DNA from: Malacoraja senta | Lineage: Eukaryota | Reading direction: 5' to 3' | Assembly (NCBI GenBank): GCA_038087875.1 | Contig: JAXLNO010000502.1 | Location: forward strand, 1 to 64,000 | DNA length: 64,000 nt | Part shown: piece by piece, positions 35,101-48,020 of the stretch | Position numbering within the stretch: the first letter of the stretch is position 1 | Layout of the letters: each line of letters starts with the position of its first letter | The notes under the pieces: generated by a model | The model's input: the letters and a program-made list of their open reading frames with translations, nothing else | The model's database searches: none | Told to the model about the DNA's origin: nothing | Program-made: the position numbers and the translations under genes

Positions 35101-38100
35101 CTAGCCTGTCCAACCCCATAAGAATTTTGTACGTTTCTATAAGATCCCCTCTCAATCTCCTAAATTCTAGCGAGTATAAGCCAAGTCTATCCAGTCTTTC
35201 TTCATATGAAAGTCCTGATATCCCAGGAATCAGTCTGGTGAACTTTCTCTGCACTCCCTCTATGGCTATAATGTCCTTCCTCAGATTTGGAGACCAAAAC
35301 TGTACGCAATACTCCAGGTGTGGTCTCACCAAGACCCTGTACAACTGCAGTAGAACCTCCCTGCTCCTATACTCAAATCCTCTTGCTATGAAGGCCAACA
35401 TACCATTCGCTTTCTTCACTGCCTGCTGCACCTGCATGCCTACTTTCAATAGATGAAAGTAGGCATGCATGCCTGCTCCATAGATGCTGCTGCACCCGCT
35501 GAGTTTCTCCAGCATTTTTGTGTACCTTCGATTTTCCAGCATCTGCAGTTCCTTCTTTAACACTTTGTCTACTCCACTGCGAAATCTCGTCAAGGTATGC
35601 CTACTTTGAAGAAGTTCTCCTCCTCTCTCCGGAGACTGTTCCACACCCAACTCTCTAAAAAGTCTGAAGAAGGGTTTCGGCCCGAAACGTTACCTATTTC
35701 CTTCGCTCCATAGATGCTGCTGCACCCGCTGAGTTTCTCCAGCATTTTTGTGTACCTGCCTACTTTCAATAACTGGTGTACCATGACACCCAGGTCTCGC
35801 TGCATCTCCCCTTTTCCTAATCGGCCACCATTTAGATAATAGTCTGCTTTCCTGTTTTTGCCACCAAAGTGGATAACCTCACATTTATCCACATTATACT
35901 GCATCTGCCAAACATTTGCCCACTCACCCAGCCTATCCAAGTCACCTTGCAGTCTCCTAGCATCCTCCTCACAGCTAACACTGCCCCCCAGCTTAGTGTC
36001 ATCCGCAAACTTGGAGATGTTGCCTACAATTCCCTCATCCAGTTCATTAATATAAATTGTAAATAGCTGGGGTCCCAGCACTGAGCCTTGCGGTACCCCA
36101 CTAGTCACTGCCTGCCATTGTGAAAAGGACCCGTTTACTCCTACTCTTTGCTTCTTGTTTGCCAGCCAGTTCTCTATCCACATCAATACTGAACCCCCAA
36201 TACCGTGTGCTTTAAGTTTGTATACTAATCTCTTATGTGGGAGCTTGTCGAAAGCCTTCTGAAAGTCCAGATACAACACATCCACTGGTTCTCCCCTATC
36301 CACTCTACTAGTTACATCCTCGAAAAATTCTATAAGATTCGTCAGACATGATTTACCTTTCGTAAATCCATGCTGACTTTGTCCAATGATTTCACCACTT
36401 TCCAAATGTGCTGCTATCCCATCTTTAATAAGTGACTCTAGCAGTTTCCCCACTACTGATGTTAGACTAACTGGTCTGTAATTCCCCGTTTTCTCTCTCC
36501 CTCCCTTCTTAAAAAGTGGGGTTACGTTTGCTACCCTCCAATCCTCAGGAACTACTCCAGAATCTAAAGAGTTTTGAAAAATTATCACTAATGCATCCAC
36601 TATTTCTGGAGCTACTTCCTTAAGTACTCTGGGATGCAGCCTATCTGGCCCTGGTGATTTATCGGCCTTTAATCCATTCAATTTTTCCCAACACCACTTC
36701 CCGACTAACCTGGATTTCACTCAGTTCCTCCATCTCCTTTGACCCGCGGTCCCCTGCTATTTCCGGCAGTTTATTTATGTCTTCCTTAGTGAAGGCGGAA
36801 CCAAAGTAGTTATTCAATTGATCCGCCATATCCTTGTTCCCCATGATCAATTCACCTGTTTCTGACTGCAAGGGACCTACATTTGTTTTAACTAATCTCT
36901 TTCTCTTCACATATCTATAAAAACTTTTGCAGTCAGTTTTTATGTTCCCTGCCAGTTTTCTTTCATAATCTATTTTCACTTTCCTAATTAAGCCCTTTGT
37001 CCTCCTCTGCTGGTCTCTGAATTTCTCCGAGTCCTCTGGTATGCTGCTTTTTCTGGCTAATTTGTACGCATCATCTTTTGCTTTGATACTATCCCTGATT
37101 TCCCTTGTTATCCACGGATGCACTACCTTCCCTGATTTATTCTTTTGCCAAACTGGGATGAACAATTTTTGTAGTTCATCCATGCAGTCTTTAAATGCCT
37201 TCCATTGCATATCCACCGTCAACCCTTTTAGAACTAATTGCCAGTCAATCTTGGCCAATTCACGTCTCATACCCTCAAAGTTACCTTTCTTTAAGTTCAG
37301 AACCGTTGTTTCTGAATTAACAATGTCACTCTCCATCCTAATGAAGAACTCAAACCATATTATGGTCACTCTTGCCCAAGGGGGCACGCACAACAAGACT
37401 GCTAACTAACCCTTCCTCATTACTCAATACCCAGTCTAGAATAGCCTGCTCTCTCGTTGGTTCCTCTACATGTTGGTTTAGATAACTATCCCGCATACAT
37501 TCCAAGAAATCCTCTTCCTCAGCACCCCTGCCAATTTGATTCACCCAATCTATATGTAGATTGAAGTCACCCATTATAACTGTTTTGCCTTTGTTGCACG
37601 CATTTCTAATTTCCTGTTTGATGCCATCCCCAACTTCACTAAACTAGAATGGTTGGGGGGAGGGACTCAAATAGAGAAAGCTATTAGACAGTGTGTGAGG
37701 CAGGAGGCAGAGAAGGAAAGCACTCAGACCCAACATGTAGGGGGGAAAGAAGAAAACAATAATAAACAGAGAATAAGAGGTGGTGGGGTTCTTAAATGGG
37801 TGAGCAGAGAAACAGAGGGGTGTAAAATGCGGGCGGAAGCAATAGGTAGCAAGGTGAAAAGTAAAAGTGGCAGGCAGACAAATCCAGGGCAAAAATCAAA
37901 AAGGGCCACTTTTCAACATAATTGTATAAGGGGTAAGAGCGTTGTAAAAACAAGCCTGAAGGCTTTGTGTCTCAATGCAAGGAGCATTCGTAATAAGGTG
38001 GATGAGTTGAACGTGCAGATAGCTATTAATGATTATGATATAGTTGGGATCACGGAGACATGGCTCCAGGGTGACCAAGGCTGGGAGCTGAACATCCAGG

Positions 38101-41100
38101 GATATTCAATATTCAGGATGGATAGAGAGAAAGGAAAAGGAGGTACATAGATACATAGAAAATAGGTGCAGGAGTAGGCCATTCGGCCCTTCGAGCCTGC
38201 ACCGCCATTCAATATGATCATGGCTGATCATCCAACTCAGTATCCCGTACCTGCCTTCTCTCCATACCCCCTGATCCCTTTAGCCACAAGGGCCACATCT
38301 AACTCCCTCTTAAATATAGCCAATGAACTGGCGTCAACTACCCTCTGTGGCAGAGAGTTCCAGAGATTCACCACTCTCTGTGTGAAAAAGTTTTACCTCA
38401 TCTCGGTCTTAAAGGATTTCCCCCTTATCCTTAAGCTGTGACCCCTTGTCCTGGACTTCCCCAACATCGGGAACAATCTTCCTGCATCTAGCCTGTCCAA
38501 CCCCATAAGAATTTTGTACGTTTCTATAAGATCCCCTCTCAATCTCCTAAATTCTAGCGAGTATAAGCCAAGTCTATCCAGTCTTTCTTCATATGAAAGT
38601 CCTGATATCCCAGGAATCAGTCTGGTGAACTTTCTCTGCACTCCCTCTATGGCTATAATGTCCTTCCTCAGATTTGGAGACCAAAACTGTACGCAATACT
38701 CCAGGTGTGGTCTCACCAAGACCCTGTACAACTGCAGTAGAACCTCCCTGCTCCTATACTCAAATCCTCTTGCTATGAAGGCCAACATACCATTCGCTTT
38801 CTTCACTGCCTGCTGCACCTGCATGCCTACTTTCAATAGATGAAAGTAGGCATGCATGCCTGCTCCATAGATGCTGCTGCACCCGCTGAGTTTCTCCAGC
38901 ATTTTTGTGTACCTTCGATTTTCCAGCATCTGCAGTTCCTTCTTTAACACTTTGTCTACTCCACTGCGAAATCTCGTCAAGGTATGCCTACTTTGAAGAA
39001 GTTCTCCTCCTCTCTCCGGAGACTGTTCCACACCCAACTCTCTAAAAAGTCTGAAGAAGGGTTTCGGCCCGAAACGTTACCTATTTCCTTCGCTCCATAG
39101 ATGCTGCTGCACCCGCTGAGTTTCTCCAGCATTTTTGTGTACCTGCCTACTTTCAATAACTGGTGTACCATGACACCCAGGTCTCGCTGCATCTCCCCTT
39201 TTCCTAATCGGCCACCATTTAGATAATAGTCTGCTTTCCTGTTTTTGCCACCAAAGTGGATAACCTCACATTTATCCACATTATACTGCATCTGCCAAAC
39301 ATTTGCCCACTCACCCAGCCTATCCAAGTCACCTTGCAGTCTCCTAGCATCCTCCTCACAGCTAACACTGCCCCCCAGCTTAGTGTCATCCGCAAACTTG
39401 GAGATGTTGCCTACAATTCCCTCATCCAGTTCATTAATATAAATTGTAAATAGCTGGGGTCCCAGCACTGAGCCTTGCGGTACCCCACTAGTCACTGCCT
39501 GCCATTGTGAAAAGGACCCGTTTACTCCTACTCTTTGCTTCTTGTTTGCCAGCCAGTTCTCTATCCACATCAATACTGAACCCCCAATACCGTGTGCTTT
39601 AAGTTTGTATACTAATCTCTTATGTGGGAGCTTGTCGAAAGCCTTCTGAAAGTCCAGATACAACACATCCACTGGTTCTCCCCTATCCACTCTACTAGTT
39701 ACATCCTCGAAAAATTCTATAAGATTCGTCAGACATGATTTACCTTTCGTAAATCCATGCTGACTTTGTCCAATGATTTCACCACTTTCCAAATGTGCTG
39801 CTATCCCATCTTTAATAAGTGACTCTAGCAGTTTCCCCACTACTGATGTTAGACTAACTGGTCTGTAATTCCCCGTTTTCTCTCTCCCTCCCTTCTTAAA
39901 AAGTGGGGTTACGTTTGCTACCCTCCAATCCTCAGGAACTACTCCAGAATCTAAAGAGTTTTGAAAAATTATCACTAATGCATCCACTATTTCTGGAGCT
40001 ACTTCCTTAAGTACTCTGGGATGCAGCCTATCTGGCCCTGGTGATTTATCGGCCTTTAATCCATTCAATTTTTCCCAACACCACTTCCCGACTAACCTGG
40101 ATTTCACTCAGTTCCTCCATCTCCTTTGACCCGCGGTCCCCTGCTATTTCCGGCAGTTTATTTATGTCTTCCTTAGTGAAGGCGGAACCAAAGTAGTTAT
40201 TCAATTGATCCGCCATATCCTTGTTCCCCATGATCAATTCACCTGTTTCTGACTGCAAGGGACCTACATTTGTTTTAACTAATCTCTTTCTCTTCACATA
40301 TCTATAAAAACTTTTGCAGTCAGTTTTTATGTTCCCTGCCAGTTTTCTTTCATAATCTATTTTCACTTTCCTAATTAAGCCCTTTGTCCTCCTCTGCTGG
40401 TCTCTGAATTTCTCCGAGTCCTCTGGTATGCTGCTTTTTCTGGCTAATTTGTACGCATCATCTTTTGCTTTGATACTATCCCTGATTTCCCTTGTTATCC
40501 ACGGATGCACTACCTTCCCTGATTTATTCTTTTGCCAAACTGGGATGAACAATTTTTGTAGTTCATCCATGCAGTCTTTAAATGCCTTCCATTGCATATC
40601 CACCGTCAACCCTTTTAGAACTAATTGCCAGTCAATCTTGGCCAATTCACGTCTCATACCCTCAAAGTTACCTTTCTTTAAGTTCAGAACCGTTGTTTCT
40701 GAATTAACAATGTCACTCTCCATCCTAATGAAGAACTCAAACCATATTATGGTCACTCTTGCCCAAGGGGGCACGCACAACAAGACTGCTAACTAACCCT
40801 TCCTCATTACTCAATACCCAGTCTAGAATAGCCTGCTCTCTCGTTGGTTCCTCTACATGTTGGTTTAGATAACTATCCCGCATACATTCCAAGAAATCCT
40901 CTTCCTCAGCACCCCTGCCAATTTGATTCACCCAATCTATATGTAGATTGAAGTCACCCATTATAACTGTTTTGCCTTTGTTGCACGCATTTCTAATTTC
41001 CTGTTTGATGCCATCCCCAACTTCACTAAACTAGAATGGTTGGGGGGAGGGACTCAAATAGAGAAAGCTATTAGACAGTGTGTGAGGCAGGAGGCAGAGA

Positions 41101-42224
41101 AGGAAAGCACTCAGACCCAACATGTAGGGGGGAAAGAAGAAAACAATAATAAACAGAGAATAAGAGGTGGTGGGGTTCTTAAATGGGTGAGCAGAGAAAC
41201 AGAGGGGTGTAAAATGCGGGCGGAAGCAATAGGTAGCAAGGTGAAAAGTAAAAGTGGCAGGCAGACAAATCCAGGGCAAAAATCAAAAAGGGCCACTTTT
41301 CAACATAATTGTATAAGGGGTAAGAGCGTTGTAAAAACAAGCCTGAAGGCTTTGTGTCTCAATGCAAGGAGCATTCGTAATAAGGTGGATGAGTTGAACG
41401 TGCAGATAGCTATTAATGATTATGATATAGTTGGGATCACGGAGACATGGCTCCAGGGTGACCAAGGCTGGGAGCTGAACATCCAGGGATATTCAATATT
41501 CAGGATGGATAGAGAGAAAGGAAAAGGAGGTACATAGATACATAGAAAATAGGTGCAGGAGTAGGCCATTCGGCCCTTCGAGCCTGCACCGCCATTCAAT
41601 ATGATCATGGCTGATCATCCAACTCAGTATCCCGTACCTGCCTTCTCTCCATACCCCCTGATCCCTTTAGCCACAAGGGCCACATCTAACTCCCTCTTAA
41701 ATATAGCCAATGAACTGGCGTCAACTACCCTCTGTGGCAGAGAGTTCCAGAGATTCACCACTCTCTGTGTGAAAAAGTTTTACCTCATCTCGGTCTTAAA
41801 GGATTTCCCCCTTATCCTTAAGCTGTGACCCCTTGTCCTGGACTTCCCCAACATCGGGAACAATCTTCCTGCATCTAGCCTGTCCAACCCCATAAGAATT
41901 TTGTACGTTTCTATAAGATCCCCTCTCAATCTCCTAAATTCTAGCGAGTATAAGCCAAGTCTATCCAGTCTTTCTTCATATGAAAGTCCTGATATCCCAG
42001 GAATCAGTCTGGTGAACTTTCTCTGCACTCCCTCTATGGCTATAATGTCCTTCCTCAGATTTGGAGACCAAAACTGTACGCAATACTCCAGGTGTGGTCT
42101 CACCAAGACCCTGTACAACTGCAGTAGAACCTCCCTGCTCCTATACTCAAATCCTCTTGCTATGAAGGCCAACATACCATTCGCTTTCTTCAGTGCCTGC
42201 TGCACCTGCATGCCTACTTTCAAT
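32198..42224. repeat. Near-perfect tandem triplication, period 3387 bp
   Basis: Identical translated ORFs in three copies (e.g. 34266/37653/41040). Confidence 0.97.
35662..35693 (+). ncRNA. Minimal type I hammerhead-ribozyme-like core in Penelope terminal repeat (also 32275-32306, 39049-39080)
   Basis: CTGAAGA - A-GGG-TTTCGG-CCC (stem II) - GAAAC-GTT with palindromic ACGT; matches the CUGANGA...GAAA...NUH consensus. Stem I is weak in these copies. Confidence 0.65.
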
Positions 42225-43239
42225 GACTGGTGTACCATGACACCCAGGTCTCGCTGCACCTCCCCATTTCCTAATCGGCCACCATTTAGATAATAGTCTG
42301 CCTTCCCGTTTTTGCCACCAAAGTGGATAACCTCACATTTATCCACATTATACTGCATCTGCCAAACATTTGCCCACTCACCCAGCCTATCCAAGTCACC
42401 TTGCAGTCTCCTAGCATCCTCCTCACAGCTAACACTGCCCCCCAGCTTAGTGTCATCCGCAAACTTGGAGATGTTGCTTTCAATTCCCTCGTCCAGATTA
42501 TTAATATAAATTGTAAATAGCTGGGGTCCCAGCACTGAGCCTTGCGGTACCCCACTAGTCACTGCCTGCCATTGTGAAAAGGACCCGTTTACTCCTACTC
42601 TTTGCTTCCTGATTGCCAGCCAGTTCTCTATCCACATCAATACTGAACCCCCAATACCGTGTGATTTAAGTTTGTATCCTAATCTCTTATGTGGGACCTT
42701 GTCGCAAGCCTTCTGAAAGTCCAGATACAACACATCCACTGGTTCTCCCCTATCCACTCTACTAGTTACATCCTCGAAAAATTCTATAAGATTCGTCAGA
42801 CACGATTTACCTTTCGTAAATCCATGCTGACTTTGTCCAATGATTTCACCACTTTCCAAATGTGCTGCTATCCCATCTTTAATAACTGACTCTAGCAGTT
42901 TCCCCACTACCGATGTTAGACTAACTGGTCTGTAATTCCCCGTTTTCTCTCTCCCTCCCTTCTTAAAAAGTGGGGTTACGTTTGCTACCCTCCAATCCTC
43001 AGGAACTACTCCAGAATCTAAAGAATTTTGAAAAATTATCACTAATGCATCCACTATTTCTGGAGCTACTTCCTAGGTGGGGTAGCGTTGCTGGTTAGAG
43101 AGGAGATTAACGCAGTGGAAAGGAAGGACATTAGCTTGGAGGATGTGGAATCGGTATGGGTAGAGCTGCGAAACACTAAGGGGCAGAAAACGCTGGTGGG
43201 TGTTGTGTACAGGCCACCTGGCAGTAGTAGTATACTCAC

Positions 43240-43323
43240 CACTATATTGATACTTCCTCATAATCACAATGACTGTGGTGATGATTGTTAGATGTACAAA
43301 CAAGGCGATCAGGACTGGGAGCC
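43240..43323 (-). CDS. Ig + 5-TM receptor-like gene, TM4 exon: (W)LPVLIALFVHLTIITTVIVIMRKYQYS
   Basis: Acceptor ttcttgtggttgacAG|, donor GTG|GTGAGT; 84 nt, phase 1/1. Confidence 0.8.
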
Positions 43324-45730
43324 CTGTCAACCACAAGAACAATAACATCATTCAACTTTTGTACTAATGACTGCGTACAAAGAAGTCAACATACATCAGG
43401 AAGCAATCTAGGAATCGCTCAACGTACCCAGGCTTGCTGTGTTAATTGCATGCATTCATGGTTATTTTGACACAGGTACCAAATGCTTCACTCTGTCATC
43501 AGTGGAGGCATGTCCAATTGCAGGTGTTTAGAATAATGCAAAATAAATGAAAATAAAGAAGTCAATGTGGTTTGATGGAATAGATGCCTAGAGGATGTAC
43601 CCTTTGTGGAAGGATCTAACACTATTGGGCATTGCTTTAGAATGACGAGATCACCCATTTAACAAACGGAGAGGGATTTTGTCAAATTCTAAATAGTTGT
43701 AATTCTCTACCCTGGAAAGTAGTGAAGGCTGAATCATTGGTTATATTGAAGTCTGAGAAAGATATTTGGTCAGAATGGGGTGGGAGGATGATGGTTAAAC
43801 AGGCTAGCTGGAGCTGATCGTTGAGTGGTTGTTTAAGAAATAAGTTTCAGGGGCCAGATATCTATTCTGACATATTTCTGACGTTGTGATACAGACACTG
43901 GAAGTTCAGAGTCCCATAGACAGGACGGGGTGGGAGATTGCAACCTTCACGTGGTCCGTCCTGTTTCGACGAATGCAATAAACCTGGCATGCAAAATCAA
44001 ATAAGATCAAATAGAACAAGTTGTCCTACAACTTTAGGCTGTGCATGGCATACGCAAGAAGAAGATAGGCCAGTCGTAATGGGGTTAAACACTAGTTTAC
44101 TTTAGAGATACAGTGTGGAAACAGACCATTCGGCCCACCAAGTCCATGACTTTTTTACACAGAGAGTGGTGAATCTGTGGAATTCTCTGCCACAGAAGGT
44201 AGTTGAGGCCAGTTCATTGGCTATATTTAAGAGGGAGTTAGATGTGGCTAAAGGGATCAGGGGGTATGGAGAGAAGGCAGGTACGGGATACTGAGTTGGA
44301 TGATCAGCCATGATCATATCGAATAGCGGTGCAGGCTCGAAGGGCCGAATGGCCTACTCCTGCACCTATTTTCTATGTTTCTATGACAACCAACCAGCTA
44401 GAACATCGTTCAAAGTATCGGGTCCAGGCTGCCCATTGGCTTTTGGGTACATACAGTAAAACTCCAATAATCTCAATCTGATTATTCTGAAATATCCGCA
44501 GTTCACCATCATGTACACTGACTGGTAAATTCACTGGGCCTATTTCCCATTCTCCCTCTAAAACACCAGGTTCACAGCTAAACATATTGTGACAGTGTAA
44601 CCTCAAAAGTAAATTGAAAGTGTGTTGAAGTATTAGTAGAAAAAACATTTGATAGTCTTAAAAGCCTGCCAGTCTGCTGTCCCCATGTGACCTCTGTTCT
44701 CCACACTGCAGGAGGATGTGATTGTCCTGGTGAGTGTGCAGAAACTTCACCAGGATGGTGTCTGGATTGGAGGACTTCACAGATTGGGATGATTGGGCTT
44801 TATGTTTCCTCCAGCCAAGGATGCAGAGGGGTGAACTGATAGAAGTATGTAAGATTATAAAAGGCCTCGACAGGATAGATCGTCAAAATCCTTTGTCAAT
44901 AGTCACTCCACATTGTTATGTGGATACAAGAAGCTACAATCCCATGGCATCAATAAATAATAGTAGCTACACTTCTAAAGGAGCTTAATGGCTAGAAAGA
45001 GCATTGGCACTTTCTGAAAATGATATGTAAGACACTACACAAACAAGCTTGTCATCCTTTTTTCCAATTAGGTACCACGACTTATTTATAGGGCTATTTC
45101 ATTCATGCTTTCCCAGCACAATGTTACAAGCTCTGATACTTAAGTTTGTACTTCAGGAAAACAGGTGTAGATTGCACCAGTTGGTAGCAATAGAGAGAGA
45201 TAGAGTAAGGAGATTCACCAGGATGTTTCCTAGTTAGAAGGAGAGGTTGGACAGGCTGGGTTTACTCTGAAGGAAACTGCCAGGCCAAAACGTCACCCCC
45301 CAGCCTCCCACATTCCTGCCAGGCAGTTATTTCCAGGGCAGGGCAGTCTCAAATTAGAAGGTACAGGAGAAATTTAAGGAAATCTGTCAGGCAGGATTTT
45401 TGTGAACAAAAGGTGGTGAATATATGGAACAAGCTGCCAGAAGAGATGGTGGATGCAGCTACTATTACATTTAAGAGGCATTTGGACAGTACTTGGCTAG
45501 GAAAGGAGTGGAGGGACTGGGGGAAATGGATTAGGCATCATCATCGGTATGGTCGAGGTGGACCATAGGGCCTGTTTCTTTGCTGTATACTTCTAGGATT
45601 ATTTCAGGTCAAAGAGATATGGCAGCATTGAAAACAACCAAATTTGCAAAGCCTTTCATATATTTTATCAGGTCAGAAATAGGATAACCTACTTATAGAC
45701 AAAACACACAGCTACAAAAATAAAACTTAC

Positions 45731-45847
45731 AGCTATCTGTCAAATCCCGTGCACATCGACCCAATTTCCTTCCAATATATGTTGCGAATGGTGAAAGTAT
45801 GAAAAGAACTGAAAAGACCAGGAGGCACATTGATTCCACAGTCCAAC
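45731..45847 (-). CDS. Ig + 5-TM receptor-like gene, TM3 exon: (G)WTVESMCLLVFSVLFILSPFATYIGRKLGRCARDLTDS
   Basis: Acceptor ctaatgttctatAG|, donor GCT|GTAAGT; 117 nt, phase 1/1; hydrophobic stretch followed by a basic loop. Confidence 0.82.
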
Positions 45848-47734
45848 CTATAGAACATTAGAATTAGTAGAATCATATTTCTGGTAAAGACTACTTTAAT
45901 TTTAACAATCATCTCCATACCAAATATATTTTCTTCTTACTTATCTTCATTGCTGATGGACAGATTTTCCTGTCTGACAATCAAATTTCGATCCATGCAT
46001 TGAAATAGGTGTGCTTTAAATTTGCATGCTAACTTCTTATGTAGAACATTATTAAAGGCCTTCTGAAAATCCAAATGCCCCACACCGACTGGCTCATAGA
46101 ATCATACAGCATTGAAACAGGCCCTTTGACCTAACTTGCCTACGTCCACCAAGATGTCTATCTGAGCAAGTCCTATTTCCCTGCATTTGGCCCATTTCTA
46201 TTTAAACTTTTTCTTTTCATGTACCTAACTAAATGCCTTTTAAACATTATAATTACGTATGCCTCTACATATATAAACAGACAATAGGTGCAGGAGGAGG
46301 CCATTGGGCCCTTCCAGTCAGCACTGCCATTCAATATGATCATGACTGATCATCCACAATCAGTACCACGTTCCTGCCTTCTCCCCATATCCCTTGACTC
46401 CACTATCTTTAAGAGCTCTATCTAACTCTCTCTTGAAAGCATCCAGAGAACCGATCTCCACGGCCCTCTGAGGCAGGGAATTCCACAGACTCACAACTCT
46501 TTGTGTGAAAAATGTTTTCCTTATCTCCATTCTAAATGGCTTACCCATTATTCTTAAACATTCCACATATGGGGAAAAAAGACTGTGACCCCTCATGATT
46601 TTATACACCTCCACAAAGTCACGTCTGCATCTCCTATACTCCAGCGAAAGAAGTCACACCTTCTTGCAGCCCCTCCCGATACCTCAAGCACTCCAGTCCC
46701 AGTAACATACTGGTGAATCATCTCTGCAGCTTAATGACATCCTTCCTATAGTTGGGTGGCCAGAAATACACACACAACTCCCAAGTGTGGTCTCACCAAC
46801 AACTTGCAGATTTGAAGCATGATGTCCCAGCTCCTGATTGATGAAGGAAAGCGTGCCAAACACCTTCGCCACCCTATCTATGTGTTGGCGCTTTCACGGA
46901 ACCATGTACTAGTTCCGCGAGGTCCCTCTTTCTACAACAGTTCCAGAACCCTATAATTTACTGTAAAAGTCCTGCCATGGTTGATCTTGCCAACATCCAA
47001 CACTTGACAGAATTAATTTTAATTTGCCGTTCCTTGCTGCACTATCCCAGGTCATCCTGATCCTGTTTTAATCTTCACTGTCCACTATACCACCAATTTT
47101 GGTGTCAAATTTAAACTTACTGACCATGTTTACAACATTGTAATGCAGATTGTTAATGTATTGTTAATGTACAGTGGACCTGCGGCATATTACCAGTCAC
47201 AGGCCTCCAACTGAGTAACAACCCACTATTACCACCCTCTGACTCCTGCCACCAAGCCAATACTCACCCTGGATGGACTCTGTGTGATTTAAACTTCCAG
47301 TTGGGCCTAGTATATGGGGCTTTATCAAAGACATTTCCAAAGTTGTAGAAAAAGTCTACTTTCCTTCCCTTGTCAATCATTTTTGTCACCTCTTCAAAAA
47401 CCTCATGAGACAATTTCCCATGCAGAGCCATGCTGACTATCCCTAATCAATCCCTGCCTCTGCAAATCCAGGTAGATTCTGTCTGACAGATTACCCTCCA
47501 CTAACATTTTACACCCACCATTGATATTGGGCTCACTGGCTTATAGTTCCCTGGATTGCCTTTGCCACCTTCCTTAAATGAAAGCACAACTTTAGCCACC
47601 CTCTAGACTTCCTGTACCTCACCTGTGGCTAAAGAATATGCAAAATGTAATTACTTTCCTCCCTAGCTTCCCACGGGTCCTAGAATTCACTCGAGCAGTC
47701 CCTGGGGATCTATCCATCTTAATATGTCCCAAAA

Positions 47735-48020
47735 TTAAGAATGAGGAGTAATCCATTTAGAACGGAGACGAGGAAACACTTTTTCTCACAGAGAGTGGTG
47801 AGTCTGTGGAATTCTCTGCCTCAGAGGGCGGTGGAGGCCGGTTCTCTGGATGCTTTCAAGAGAGAGCTAGATAGGGCTTTTAAAAATAGCAGTCAGGGGA
47901 TATGGGGAGAAGGCAGGAACGGGGTACTGATTGGGGATGATCAGCCATGATCACATTGAATGGCGGTGCTGGCTCGAAGGGCCAAATGGCCTACTCCTGC
48001 ACCTATTGTCCATTGTCTAA
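47735..48020 (+). mobile_element. CR1 3' end inserted in an older, degenerate minus-strand CR1
   Basis: FFSQRVVSLWNSLP...; CR1 3' UTR and tail; surrounding 46600-48800 is decayed CR1-like sequence. Confidence 0.8.

Larger units (their letters stand above)
31670..43231 (-). mobile_element. 11.5-kb composite: 5'-inverted CR1 + nested second CR1 + Penelope terminal-repeat inserts, internally triplicated
   Basis: Flanking 7-bp direct repeat ATACTCA (31663-31669, 43232-43238); ORF sets repeat at an exact 3387-bp offset (32203/35590/38977). Confidence 0.92.

Noticed and set aside
32198..42224. Rolling-circle reverse transcription as the primary origin of the 3387-bp array
   Set aside because: Array ends coincide with homologous positions of two co-oriented CR1 copies, so unequal recombination (or an assembly artefact) is simpler.
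44373..44648. Minus-strand ORF in unique sequence between the TM3 and TM4 exons
   Set aside because: Phase-1 entry hits a stop; TM3 and TM4 already join in frame; no recognisable domain.
45941..45969. Apparent micro-exon (cAG|...|GTAAGA) upstream of the TM3 exon
   Set aside because: Lies at the end of a decayed CR1 RT fragment, and 29 nt would break the frame.
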